Of a DNA stretch of 64,000 nucleotides, positions 13,313 through 26,800 are shown in pieces. The DNA comes from Balanoglossus misakiensis (taxonomy: Eukaryota; Animalia; Hemichordata), in contig CM082594.2 of the NCBI GenBank assembly GCA_040954595.2, positions 10,420,296-10,484,295 on the forward strand, written 5' to 3'. The notes below the pieces were generated by a model that was given only the letters and a program-made list of their open reading frames with translations, was not told the origin of the DNA and ran no database searches. Numbering within the stretch: position 1 is the stretch's first letter; every line of letters begins with the position of its first letter. A program made the translations under genes and the position numbers.

Positions 13313-13699
13313 TGAATAGGTGCGTTATCTTCAGGTAGCAGCCGAGGAACATCGGTGTTTTTTATCATAATAATTCAATTAAAATTCATAAAAGGGTACA
13401 AAAATGTAGAAGCGTCAATTTTCTATGATTGAAACGAATTCCATTGTTTCAACATGAAAACAAAGATACTATGCCACCCAGATCGTCGAGGGCGCTATGC
13501 TCGGACTCTGGACGTGACATGACCCCAGCAGACCCACGGGTTGCTTTTTGCAGGAAGCTTCCGGGTGTAGTGTCCGTCAATCAAGACCGGTTATTCGGTG
13601 GCAGAAGTTCGTTGCGTGAATTTCAAGCTAAACGTGGTTGCTCCGTGAATCAGCTAACCGCAATCTTGCTTCTACATGTATTTTGTTTTGGCGCAGAAA

Positions 13700-16144
13700 A
13701 TGGCACCATTCAAGAACTGGAAAACTCAACCAGTAATCTGTCTCCCATTTGTCTTCCTTCTGATACAACATACTAGTGGATTACATGATGAATATTTTAA
13801 TCAATGTAAGTCAATACTTTATGTCAGTAGAGTTTGATGTTGAACGTTTCTGTACATTTTGAAAGCGAAACTGAAAGTAGCAAAAGTGGACACCACACAT
13901 GCAATCTGATTCAAGCACAGGTGAAACTGATGTGATGGTTCGTTTCAGATACACGCATCTTTCCCGGAAATGAATACCAAGTTAAAAGCGATGAGTTTGC
14001 AGTCTACTGTTACCATGGCAACAAGGTCCAGCCGGCCACATATTTCTATGTTTTCGGTTGCCTAGAGGTGTGTATTAAAATTTTCTTTTACTTTACCCTT
14101 TTACCACCATGGTTCAGTCTGAACCCATTCTTTTCTATGGTAAGGTTGAACCACTAAAGAGGGAACTGGGACTGAAAGGGTTAAGTTAAAAAAGCAGGTG
14201 TCTTAATTGGGAAGACGTATCCAAGTTTGCATTTAGTCTGTGTCTTGATACAGCAGCAGTAGTCAGTGCTTTTGATCACAGCATCTTCCAAATATTGGCA
14301 ATAAAGATCTGTATGAAATGCAAATAATGCTTTGTACATCAATGATGCCAGTAATTGATCAAGTTGCTTCCAACCCCACCCTGCATCCCAACACTGCACC
14401 ACCAGGTCCTCTTCTCTCCGCAATCCGGTGTGAACACCTGCCATCTGATAATCGCTGAGAATGAAACCTTGGTCCACCAGAGGAGGGACACGCCCAATTT
14501 CCTCACGTTGGCATGGAAACAGCTTTTCCAGTCTGTGTCATCGGTCACGCCGACAACAGACCACATCAAGTTGTCACCTTTCACCAAAACGTGTTTTGGT
14601 CTGGAAGGCAATCGAATCAGTATAAAGGCAAAGCTTAGAAGTAGGAATCCTTTTTTTCTTCTTTTCTCTCCAACCCTCACGTATCACAATGTATTTTCCT
14701 GCTATATCAAATATTAGTGTCTGTCACTATTTTGCTCATTTGTCAGAAAATATCACGTTTTCAAGATTCATCTGCCAACAACTGCAGCAATGTTATCCTG
14801 AAACTCATATTGACTAACTCTCTCTGTGTTCGCAGTGTTTGAGCCAAGGTACATTGCCCTGTGTCTAGTGGGTGTGGTTTTATTTCTACAGGCAGACAGA
14901 CTTAGTAGGTATGTGGTATCCCGTCTTGGTAGTTCTGTTGCCTAGCAAGTTTTTTTCTGCAAACTCGCATCAAAAACATGAGCAAAACAACTTACAATGT
15001 TGACTTTTTTTTTCTTCATCATGTCCAGGAGTGTGATATTTTACTACGGTACTGGTATTTCTGCCGGCGTCATCCTGTCTCTTCTCATTTTCGTTTACGT
15101 CTTGGGCAAGTTCGTTCCTGCCGTGAGTTTTCATCAAATTATCAATTATATATTTGTAATTATTACATGGTTCTATTTTGCTTCTGAGAATGACCCTATT
15201 GTTGAGTTTGAATTAAGAAAATGTTTCAATTTCTTCTGACAGAAAAAGGCCATGGCCACATTTGTACTCTTTGGATGGTCATTCTCCCTTTACGTCATCA
15301 AATGGCTGTGGGACAAGATTTTCATCGATCGAGCCCTTCCAGAGGGTACACACATTAAGGTGGTACTGGCTTACATTATCCTGTCGGCCCTGATTAGTTT
15401 CGCAGTGTGTTATCGCTACGGTCCAGTGACCGAGCAACGAACTCTGACATTGATCAAATGGAGCATCTGGTTTGTGTCGTGGTTGCTCATCTATAACAGT
15501 ATGCAAGTTCCCGAGGTTTCCATCTCCTTGATTGCACTGCTCTGGACGTGGAGTATAATACCAAAAGGAATATCTAGTGGTGCAATTAGAAAATGGTATG
15601 TGTCCACATTTTTTGTGTTGTTGTTCACTCATGTCACAGACGTTAGCCCTATGACTCACGCCAAGGCAAAAAAGTCTTACACATTGTCACTGTTGTATTT
15701 TCCAGGAGGATATGGTTCCCACCCAAAATAAAATTATTGACAGAAGAAGAGTACATTATACAGGGAGAAAGAGAAACTCGACTAGCTCTGCAGCAACTAC
15801 GACAGTTTTGTCGAAGTCCTAATTGTAACGCCTGGGACACTATCGGTCGACTGAAGTCTCCATCTAGGTCAGTTACTCTTTCAATATTGGGTGTGCTCTT
15901 TCGTTGCTGCATCTTTCTTCCAGTTGAATATTGATATGTGCCATACTCTCTTTCACTTTCAAGGTTCGCAAAGTTCGTGAGTGGTGAGGAATTTCACGTG
16001 TCTGATGGAGAATTCGCCGCACACGTCATTGATTCTGATTCGTCGTTTAATTCGCAACGTGAGGATCGGGATGGCCATGGAGATGCGAGCGGACACGAGT
16101 CGGGTCCATCAGGGCACAGCAGTACGGAGGATTCACCAAGGTGA
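13700..16144 (+). CDS. NEMP1: Nuclear envelope integral membrane protein (NEMP1/2, TMEM194 family); join(13700..13805,13949..14067,14406..14640,14836..14908,15029..15122,15243..15595,15706..15867,15964..16144), ~440 aa
   Basis: Signal-peptide-like N-terminus; LSPFxKTCxG; SRSVIFYYGTGISAG TM; FAVCYRYGP; the diagnostic C-terminal block LLTEEEY..QG..ET..AL..LR.FC.SP....W....RL.SP.RFA.FV.G..H. All introns are GT-AG and in phase. Confidence 0.93.
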
Positions 16145-16395
16145 AATGTGTTGACAGTTGTGATTGGTCAGCTGAAGCTTCGCCCTGTCAACTTAATCAG
16201 CCAATCAAAGAGCCTTCTGATTGATTATTTTGTATTCATGTTTTGCCTTGGATGGAAATGAGAATGTGCAACCTACTAAGTTGATCATTGGTGCAATTAC
16301 TCTTATTTTTGACGCTTTGGAAGTCAAGTCCTTTTGTGCTAAATTTTGTATATTCTTACTTGTAAATGATTAAATTATGTATGTCAATTATTTGT

Positions 16396-16501
16396 AATAA
16401 AAATTATATTTTTTTTCAACAATACAAACTTGTATTCTACTCCCCAAACCCCTATATTACAGCACCAGGCATTGTGGTGTAAAACCAAGAAATGTTTTAT
16501 T
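16396..16501. terminator. Convergent polyadenylation signals: AATAAA (+, 16396-16401, NEMP) and AATAAA (-, 16496-16501, NCAPG2)
   Basis: Canonical hexamers on opposite strands between the two convergent stop codons (16144 and 16828). Confidence 0.5.
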
Positions 16502-16827
16502 TCTAGTGATGGTGAATATATATAATTACATGACAATACTCAGAATCTACATCTTTGAGGCAGTGGGGAAGATCAAAAACATATAATGATAACATTTTAG
16601 TTTCCAAAACAATTTCATGTGTGTTTCAAGCACTGAAGTATGTTTATATTTGGCTAAAATAATTCAAGACAACTGAGTAGATGGGGAAAGCTAAAGTGTA
16701 ATCAAGCAAGACTACAGGATAAATATTACTTGTTATAATACAGGACTATTAATCTGAAATATCTCAAAATAAAGAAGATGCATGCAATATCTAAACATTC
16801 TCACTGATGGTTGTTATAGCTGATCTC

Positions 16828-19800
16828 CTAGGCAACAGCACCGATTGATTCCAACGTCTCCTTGGTCAGTTTAACCGTTGATTTGAACATTTCCCTTTCC
16901 GGGCTGTCATTTTCTTCATCCATGCCAGCTTCGGCAAATTCCATATTCTCCAAGTCTTGCTGAGCAACAAGTAAACAGTCTTTGATGTTGCCTATCCTAT
17001 GACGACCTGAAATGTTGAATATTTCATCTAAGTTTCGTTTGAAAACAATAGAAATAAGCAAAAAGAAAATATACACTAGGAACTTGGTATTTTCTTGTGC
17101 TTAAAAATACTAGTTGAATATTTTTCTACCCACCTTTGCTGAGAGCATGTAAGATGTGTACAACAGCACAATAATGTTGCAAAGTACCCAGAGCCCCGGC
17201 TGATACACACTGCTGTAACTCTGATACAAAGAAACTGAAAGAAAAAAAGTGACAAAACTTTTACACGAGGTACTAAACTAATAAAGACAATTGTGTGAAG
17301 AAAAAAGATCAGGTAATATATGTAAGTTCTCATGATTCTATTATTAGGCTACAAATAAATACCTTGTCATACTCTTTGTTCTGCAAACAATTCCCAGCAG
17401 GAAAGCAGACAATGTTGGAAGATCAGCTGTGTTATCCCTTGCCTGGAATTCCGGATACTGTGAAAGCAAGGCATTAGGTTGAAATTAGTTTGTGAATAAT
17501 TATTCTTCTGAAGGACAGTATTAAAGCCACCATGTAAAAGTGACCTCTGGAAAACTCTCCACCATTTAAGTTTCAGCTGAAGCCAACCATTCCGACTTTA
17601 TTCTCACCTTTCTGATTGTATTAGTGACATCAGCCACAGTTGCTGTCATGACCGGAGCCATTATGTGTTGTCTCAGTTGTGGATTTATCTTCTGATATTT
17701 CTCACAGTATCCCAGAACGTCCGATAAAGCCGAAACCTTGGTAAATAACTGCAAAAAAAGTACAAGGAATCAAATTCTCTTATTGAAATATTTTTAATAA
17801 CCCGGCATGCTGTTGGTGGTGAAAGGGTTAAACATTTCACACAATCAAATACAACAAATCTTTTCCGTACCTCTTTCACACTAGCAGAGCTACCGCTGTT
17901 TTTACGCGAGAACTTGGCAAGCGCCTTGACGATTTCACCCAGCAACACCACCACACACTGTGACAGACCTGCCTCTTCATCCTCGCTGACAAGGTTGCAA
18001 TACTGTGTCATCTGGTACAGTAGTCTGGTCAGTACTGGCAGAAATATAGCGCTGTGATCTAACAAAGGTAGAAAAAAAGCAATGGGGTTAAAAAGGTTGA
18101 AGTTTTGTGTTACAATATACGTGTAGTGTCTTCCATAAATTGAATTTGATTTCATGTCTTACCAGTCTTGATCAGCTGTCGACAGAAATCAGTCAGACTG
18201 GCCAGGTCATCACAGCAACACACGCCAAGCAATACCATCTCATTTGTTATCTTCAGTAATCTCTGTCCGAAAATATATTTAAAAAATGTGTTCATGTACA
18301 TGCATTATATTCTAAATACCATAAAACCTACAAAGCATACTTTAATTTATATTTGTACAATACCTCAACAAGATCCATCACAAACAAGACATCGGATTTC
18401 TGATTTTCCTTGGCTTTTCTTTTCGTGGCCGACCTTGATGCTTGCGCGGTTGTGCTCTCGTCCAGTTTCTTTGCCAAGACGGGTATCAACTCCACACCAG
18501 CCCAGGTGAGGAGTTCATTAAACACTGCAGCCATCTCCTCCTGTGAGCCATCTTGTGCATGAAGGTGAATTTGAAGTTTGCAGTATGAACACAGAGCACT
18601 GGCAAGAAACTCGTCTGTGGTCAGCTCCAATTGGCCATCTGCAGATACCAGTCTCTTCTCAATACATTTCTGCAAAAGTACAAAAGTTAAAATTCAATTT
18701 CCAGGTAAACAGGGCAACGCAATCATCTCAGTTAATACAGCATTCAACTATGTGATACTGCTGGACAAATCGGAATTTGAAACTAACCATTGATGACTTC
18801 AATAACACAGCCACTTGTTCGAGTTCTCGCCTTCCACCTTGTAAGACAGCATTTCTTGTAGTCGTCTTCTTCATCATTCTGGTGAGGAACTTTACGGCCA
18901 TCTCTGGCTGTGGTTCGACTGGATCGTTGATCTTCACAGATTTCTTGGATGTCTTGCGTTTTGACTGGAGAAATCAAAGCAGATGGGATTGGTGAAGATA
19001 TATGGCAATATCTATAGGTCTTGTTTAAGCACATTTTTCATTTTTACAACTGTCACAGAACAAATTTCATTCTTACTTACCTTGCTAGCAGATGGGGGCA
19101 GTCCAGACTCGCCACTGAAACCAGCTTTCAGCCAATCAGTGATCAGTTCAAACACATCAGTCATTCTGTTCCATTTGCACATACAGTCCAACAGCAAGCC
19201 GTAGTACTCCTCTTTGGCATCTCGGCTTTGACCTTTCAACTTTGACAGACAGCTACGACTGCAGGAAGTAATTAAAAAATACACAGTTTAAAGTACATTA
19301 AATTTAACAACTTCACCAAGATTACATGTACTTTTCACATCATGGAGGAAATGTTACATAACTAAATGATTCAAAATACTTATTGTGGTGTGTGTTTTTC
19401 AATTGTTGACATTGAAAATATAAAACACCATATGAAATACATTTCTTTAACAAGTGTATCCTAACTTACCTGAAATATGGCATAGAAGATGCTGGCAAGT
19501 ACCCTGCAATCATAACAACTGCATTGAAAGCACGGGAGCTCTGTAATTGAAATCGTCATTGTCTCAGAAAAATAAACAACAACAAACAAGAAATTCATAC
19601 CTAATGAACATGACACCTATTTAAAATTTGCTTAACAATACAAAATTCTGTAGATAAAGTTAGGCCACTTACCTCTATGCTTGAAATAACAATGGGAAGT
19701 ACATAGCTGAATTTCTTGATCAGTTTCTCTTTCAAATTCACATTGGATGGCTGCAGAGATAACAGAATAACAAAAGTATAATAAAAAAGATAACAGGTAA

Positions 19801-22800
19801 CAGTATGTTGCTACACTATCGTATCCTCAAGCAGTGGGACAAGGTTACTTTCTGAACTTTAAGTTAGATAGCCAATAGAGCTAGCCCATACCTTCTGCAA
19901 CGTGACATCATTAGCTGCCCACAGTATAGCAACGGTTTCCAGCATGCCTTCGATTATCTCCACAGATAAAGTGTCTGATAAACCAGCTTCGTTCTCTTTC
20001 CCTTCATTGTCATCATCATCGTCACTTTGATCTTCATCACCATCACCGTCAGTCTGTTTCGCCTTCACCCAGGAAGACACCGTCTGGCATAGGTACACCA
20101 TAAACTTGACTGTTCCAAAAAAGACAAAAATATCTGATGAGGTATGTACATATATGTACATGTATGACCACATAATCCTAAAAAGTTTCCACTTTACCTG
20201 TATTGATCAAGGGCATGTCTTTATGTGCATACTGATAGAATCTGCGAGCTGCTAGCTGGTTGATCTGTAGTAGGGCGATGCAGCGACTGGCTTGCACGGA
20301 GCCTTCCTTGTCAATTGGCATGAAGGAGTTAAAGAGTAACTGCACCAGTCTGCGTACGATGGATGGGGAGTCCACTTCCATGCGTGCCAGCAACCACTCC
20401 ATGGGGACAATGTGCCAAAACTAGACGATGGATAGTAAAGAATGGTCACTTATATTAGGCGGTTTCACTAGGTGTAAACAGAAGAAATTAGGCTGGCAAC
20501 ATGGCCAAATTTACAGCGAAGCTGTAAGTCCATTCCACTCACTCACCTTGAGTGACTTCAGTCCTTTGATTTTCATCAGCAGTTCGATGAAAGCTATTCG
20601 GACCTTTTCAGCGTTGTCATGGATACAGTTCTTCAATTCTGGCATCAGAGCTTTTAGGTAGCCATGGCAAAGATGGTTACTCAACAGATAAGACAGTCCC
20701 TGCACAAAGAACAAGTTTTCTCAAGTTCACATAACTATTAAAACGCAGCACAATATTTCAATGGTTATACATGTATCTGTGGCATGCAAGAATTATATAG
20801 AGATGTGTTGATTGGCATTAATCACAGCAGCATACAAGCAAAGAGAAGTTGTGCAAAGATTCAGCATCAGAATTATTCTCACCTTGAAGACAGAAACTCT
20901 GACCTCACTGGAGGCAGAATCAAAGGCCATCTCTCGGACCAGTTTTGTCAGTAGAGTCTGTACGGCTGCCAGAGGCATCAATTCCCAGAAAACACTGGTA
21001 ATCTGACAAACACCTTCCACCCCAATGCCTCTCACCAATGGACAAGGATCTTCTAGAAAACCCTACATCATATAAGTACATAAATACACTAAAAGTTCTA
21101 CAAATCATCTTAAATTAAAAGTATGTATATAAAAGTTTCATACAAAAGCAGTGGCTAAAAGTAAAACATCTCTTTTGAATGAGGGAATGACAAGCCTACC
21201 AGGAGAGCATCCAACTGTTTCTGGATGATTTCATCTTTCTTGGCGTTCTCCACGTTGGGATCTTCTAGAGGAAAGGCATCCAAGAGCAGCGATGCAGCAT
21301 TGGCCCTGACTCCGCCATTTGCAACCTGCAATAATGTGTGATACACACGTGTTTACAAAATCTGACTATGAATTATTAATATGTGTTGCATCTCAGATGT
21401 GGGATTGTGAGGTGTACACAATTTGTCAAAACGCATCCAACTTCAAGGGCTTCCTGACAATAGGAAAACCAGATGAAATCATTTGAAATCAAGTTTTTAC
21501 CTTCAAAGCTCTCCAGATGATTGGTTCATACAGTCGCAGCAACATTTCATCAACACCTTTGTGTTTCTTTTGATGATGGAAATGACTCATAAACTAAAAG
21601 AAAACACAATATTAAGTTAATTTTATCTATAGAATATGTGTAAAGAAATGCAACTTTCTTGCAAATAATTTGATAATTAGGGTTTGTGACATATATACCT
21701 GTTTCAGAATACTGGCCATAGACTTTGGTCCAGATCTGGAAGCATGGACTGCACAGTACATGAAATCCTGGATACAGTGCACTTCCAGCTTTTCCAGGTA
21801 GGGTCCGGATGCCGCTCTCCAGGCCCGGAAGTAGATCTCCGCATAGGCTTTTACCATGGCTCTGCATTGCACAAACAAAAAACACTCAATACATGACTTT
21901 CAGGTTTCTGAGAAAGATATCATGAATCAAAAACACACATAAGTGGCAGATTTTTTTATGAAGCCGTGACTTACTTGGTGCAGGCCGGTAACTGCGTCTT
22001 GACTTGACTGTGAAGCTGTTCAATGAAGGTGGGATTCATTCCAAAAATGAAACTCAGAAAACGACGACCCTGCAAAAAAAGAGATGGTTTTTCCTGGGCC
22101 TAAATTTCATATAATAGCGTTTCCACCCAAAGCACTATTCTGAAAAATCTCAAAATCTGACAAGTATGCTAACTGGACATACAATACCTCGTCTGCTTTC
22201 AAGTACACAGGTAAAACAACACACTGTTCCAACATCTGTTTCAGTTCCACACTTTGGTTCATGCCAAAATCATGCAGCAATAAGGACTGCCTCAGAGAAT
22301 AGACTCGCTTCACTTCAGCAAACTGGAAATAAAATCGATAAGAAACAATTCCTGGTGTCAAATTCTTGCACACAATGATGAACTATGCATGCTATATCTT
22401 TTATAAAATCAAATTTGTGACAGTTTTTAATACTCACATGTGCGTTCTGTCGCAGTGTTCTCTGTAGCAGAAATATAAATGCATTTTTGATAACCTCCTC
22501 TTTCCTTGGCAAGTCTTTACTCCACCTGCAAGTCAAATATTCAACAGGACTGAAATTTATTGCAGAATTGATGGAAAATGTCTCACAAACAATCATAATA
22601 ATAAAGAATGATAGGTACTCTTGCAAATTAACTTTCTTACCATAGTTCACAAAGTTTGACTGCATCATTCTGCAGCTTTTCGGCTGACTTGGGAAAATCA
22701 AGCAGAACCCCTGAAAAGACGACAGTGTAAAATGCTGAGCACATAGTCTAAATTTCTAGCAAATCAAGACAGCAAGAAAAGACATTTCACTTCACTCACC

Positions 22801-23407
22801 ATGAAGAACTGAAGTGACATCTTCAAATGATTGTGGAATCACTGGTTTGTCTTGGGAGTGTAAGTAGCATAGAGCCACAGTAAGGATACCATCCAGGCAT
22901 GCAATGGTTTTGTTCACAGCCTACAGATGACAAAGATATTATTCCACAAGAAGAAGATGACTCAGACTAATAATGTTTATCGTTGGGTTTACTTTTTCCA
23001 TGAATACGCATATATGCTCTCTTAAATATGCTTCCCTATCATCTCATTATAACCTTTGAACTTTGACCTCACCTCTTGCATCTCCTCTTTCTCTTCAGCA
23101 AATTCATCCACTTCTAGAGGGGCACTGATCAGAGTATCATTACACAGTTTGCACAGGCCATCCCACAATGACACTATCTGCTTACGACCAAGACTTGGTA
23201 AGAATTCACCCAAGTCAAACTCCTTACAGTGCTTTAGGATGACAGAAAAACAAGAAGTTAGATAGAAGACAATGTACACAAACCATCGTCAAGGATACGA
23301 GATGGTTCAAGACTTACGTGCTGTTTCACGAAGTTCAAAAACGTGTCGCAGTTTTCATCATGCACTGACTCAAGGACAGCTTCACGCCTCTTCGTTGGTG
23401 ATGGCAT
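16828..23407 (-). CDS. NCAPG2: Condensin-2 complex subunit G2; 25 coding exons, ~1175 aa
   Basis: Exons (minus strand): 23318-23407, 23073-23231, 22800-22920, 22641-22710, 22438-22525, 22188-22322, 21975-22069, 21699-21861, 21501-21593, 21200-21325, 20883-21062, 20547-20699, 20198-20420, 19892-20109, 19673-19750, 19470-19540, 19081-19258, 18788-18964, 18364-18669, 18163-18262, 17871-18058, 17608-17748, 17363-17457, 17134-17234, 16828-17006. Total 3528 nt with consistent phases. Recognisable motifs: YAEIYFRAW, CIQDFM, GVDEMLLRLYEPIIWRALK, VRANAASLLLDAFP, AFDSASSEVRVSVFKGL, IHDNAEKVRIAF, AARRFYQYAH. Confidence 0.95.
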
Positions 23408-23854
23408 GTTTCAATGTGCATTCGGTACACCTATTTACTGGCGTAGTCTCTTTCTGTTTTGATGCTTCGAAAATGGCGCCTTCTGATGAAAACATTCGGT
23501 TTTTCCCGACTACTGCCGAAGAGTATCCGAGCATCCTTTTGACAGCCTAAGCTAATGCTGATTTAGCATATTTATCGGTTTTATGCAGTAAGCTAGGCGG
23601 TCAATTCAGGGTCTCACGCCGCAATATTGAAACACACATGCAATCAACATTAAATTTTAAAGGAAGTAATGGACGGAAAGGGTACCGAGTGACTGGGCTA
23701 GGATTAGGTTTTACAGGATCATGAAAAGAAAGATATGAACGCGAAAAGATTATTTCGTATGTTTACAACATTCGCCGGATGACGCCGCTGGTTGGTTGAG
23801 GTCACGCCCCCGTTTTAGTGTGTACATTTCACTGAAGGCTAAGCTACGAATACC
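23408..23854. promoter_or_regulatory. Bidirectional promoter region between NCAPG2 and DNPEP
   Basis: Head-to-head ATGs separated by 447 bp. Locally CpG-rich relative to both gene bodies. Contains a YY1-like AAAATGGCG (~23471), an E2F-like CGCGAAAA (~23740) and a GC-box-like TCACGCCCC (~23802). Confidence 0.75.
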
Positions 23855-26800
23855 ATGGTAAGTGTGCATGGGCGATCTGCCATATCCGTTCATTGCCTGA
23901 ATTTATACATAATACTTGTCACGATATTACTTTATGATAAAACGATGTACAATATTTTGGTGTGTCGAATGGGGCACCGCATACCGTAGTATCTCAGTGA
24001 CTGTGAGACCTGCAGACTAACCCAGGAGAGGGGGGGGGGGGGTAGGATGTGTGGAGGATGTCACGTTTGCAGAACCAGTAAAGTTTTATGGATAACATTA
24101 CTTTCACTTTCAGAGTGGATCACAAAGAGCTATTCAGGCAGCTGCCACCAAGTTCATTGAATTTGTCAACAAGTCACCATCCCCATATCACGGTAATGTA
24201 CTATCTCAGTTCTTTCTTATTATATTACATAAGAAAACTATCTGACAGATTCTTTAATACACAGGTGTGTATATTCTGTGTGTGATATTTTTATTGGTAT
24301 TTAAAATGAAAGTAATAAGAAAACCATGGAATATTTGTGTACTTGCAGTTGTTGAAGAATGCCGTACAAGACTTCTGTCCGCAGGATTTGAAGAACTACG
24401 TGAGTCGGTGAAATGGGATGTCAAGCCACTGAAGAAATATTTCTTCACACGCAATAAATCCACCATCATTGCTTTTGCTGTTGGTGGCAAGTATGAAGCG
24501 GGCAATGGTTTCACTATGGTGGGTGCCCACACTGATAGCCCATGCCTCAAGGTAAGGCAGCTCTTATCATATTCAGTGACTTGTTTGAGTTAGTCAGATG
24601 CTGGTATATTAGACTATATGTACAGTGGTTACTGGCTGGAACCATCTGCAACAGTGGCATATGGAAGACCCCCCCCCCCCCCCCCCCTGGAGTTTGCCTT
24701 GGTATTGGATTCTCTGGTGAAAACACGCCAATGTTTTTTCTACTTCCCAGGTAAAGCCGGATTCCAAGCGGATCAAGAATGGTTTTCTGTCGGTGGGAGT
24801 TGAATGCTATGGAGGTGGTATCTGGCACACATGGATGGACAGAGATCTCAAAGTAGCAGGCAGGGTTATTGTTAAGGTAATAAACACCAGACAACTCATG
24901 TCAGTCTCAATACAGTCATGTTTACCAGGGCCAGTAACTGGTGACATTTGCCAATTTTCAGTACTCCTTTAAAAATGTGTGTTGGACAACAGATGAATCC
25001 TCAAAATGAAAGCAGACATGATTATTTTGATTTCAGGATGGAGACAAACTGAAACACAGACTTGTGCACATCAACAAGGCAATACTGTTCATCCCAAACA
25101 TAGCCATTCATTTACACCGTACCCACAATGAAAGCTTCTCACCCAACAAAGAAACTCACTTGTAAGTATAGAACATGGCATGAATAAAAAGTCAGTTCTG
25201 CAAGTTTCGGTTTCAGTTCACTAGCCTAACAGAGTACAGTAGCATGCATTGTATTTACCCACCATGACAACCCATACCCAGGTCAACAATATGTATCTAT
25301 AGTTACACTGGTATTCTGTTGTCACAGGGTGCCTGTGTTAGCAACAGCGTGCCAGCAAGAATTGTGTAAACCAGCAGAGACTGAAGTGAAAGCAACTGAA
25401 GTTGGTCAGGTGATGAATAGGCTTACTTATACTAGATTCAATTCTTTTCTAAAGAAAATCTTCAAAACGATGCCTGCTCATTACAAATTTGTATTTCAAA
25501 ATTTGAGTAGTACTGACTGTTTCTGTCCAAATGGTGTATTAATACAGGTTGTTAAACATCATTCCTTGCTCCTCAACTTACTGTGTGATCAGTTGAAGAC
25601 ATCTGCTGAGCAGATCTTGGACTTTGAACTGTTTCTGGCTGATGCCCAGGACGCTGTGAGTATTTTTTTGTTGTAGAGCGCCCCCAAGCTTTCCTGATTT
25701 GAGTGACTTTTGTTTTTATTCCAACATTTTAAAACTATATATGTGATGCTGAATTCTAAATTCGTCATTACTTTATTTCCACTACAGGTGATTGGAGGTG
25801 CTCTGAACGAGTTTCTGCTCTCGCCAAGATTAGACAATCTTGTCAACGTGTACTGTTCACTGGAGGTAGATAAACAAATTCCTGCTGTCTCTTTCAATAA
25901 TCCTTTATTGAGTGTCCTTATTCTGTGCTTTTACTATCCACGACTAGGGGCTAATGATGATCAGCCATTCTACAGAATAAAGCACCATATTCTTGTCAAT
26001 TCCAGGGTTTGATTGCATCCTGTGAAGATGGTGATAGTTTGGCAAAGGATCCAAACATTCGCATGGTCAACCTGTATGACAATGAAGAGGTTGGATCTCA
26101 AACTGCCCAAGGTGCGGAATCCTCACTCACTGAGTTCATCATGAGAAGACTGTGTGTGAGCGAGAATCCCACAAGTTTCGAAGAAGCTATTCCAAAGTCT
26201 TTCTTACTGAGTGCTGACCAGGCTCATGCCATTCACCCCAATTATCCGTAAGTGCGCCCCCAAAGTTTGTGATTGTTCTGTTGTTCAAAATACTACACAG
26301 TTTCTGAATTGATAATCAAGGATATTGTTGTATTTCAAATAGAATCTAAGAATAAATGTTTTATTTTCCAAACTAGGGAAAAGCATGAGGAAAGCCACAG
26401 ACCTGCTTTCCATAAGGTAAGTACCACTTAATTGTACAAATGCTGCATTATATGATACTGAAAATGGACTTTTGTTTACAATTAAATGCATTAATAGTGT
26501 ATGCTATGTGCCAATGAAATATTGTGAATGTTCCAAGAATGATTTTCACAGCGCTTTATGTGACTTGCCTTGCCTTCCCTTACAGGGCCCTGTGATCAAA
26601 ATCAATGGCAACCAACGCTATGCAACAACCGCTGTGACATCATCAATACTGCGAGTGATTGCAGAGAAAGGAAACGTGGCTTTACAGGTAAGAACCGTGT
26701 ATATAATACATGGCTTGGCACAAAGGGAATGACCCTGAAATAACTAAAAGCAATTGATTTTCCTGCGTGGAGATGCATTGATGTATTACATAATTGGTGC

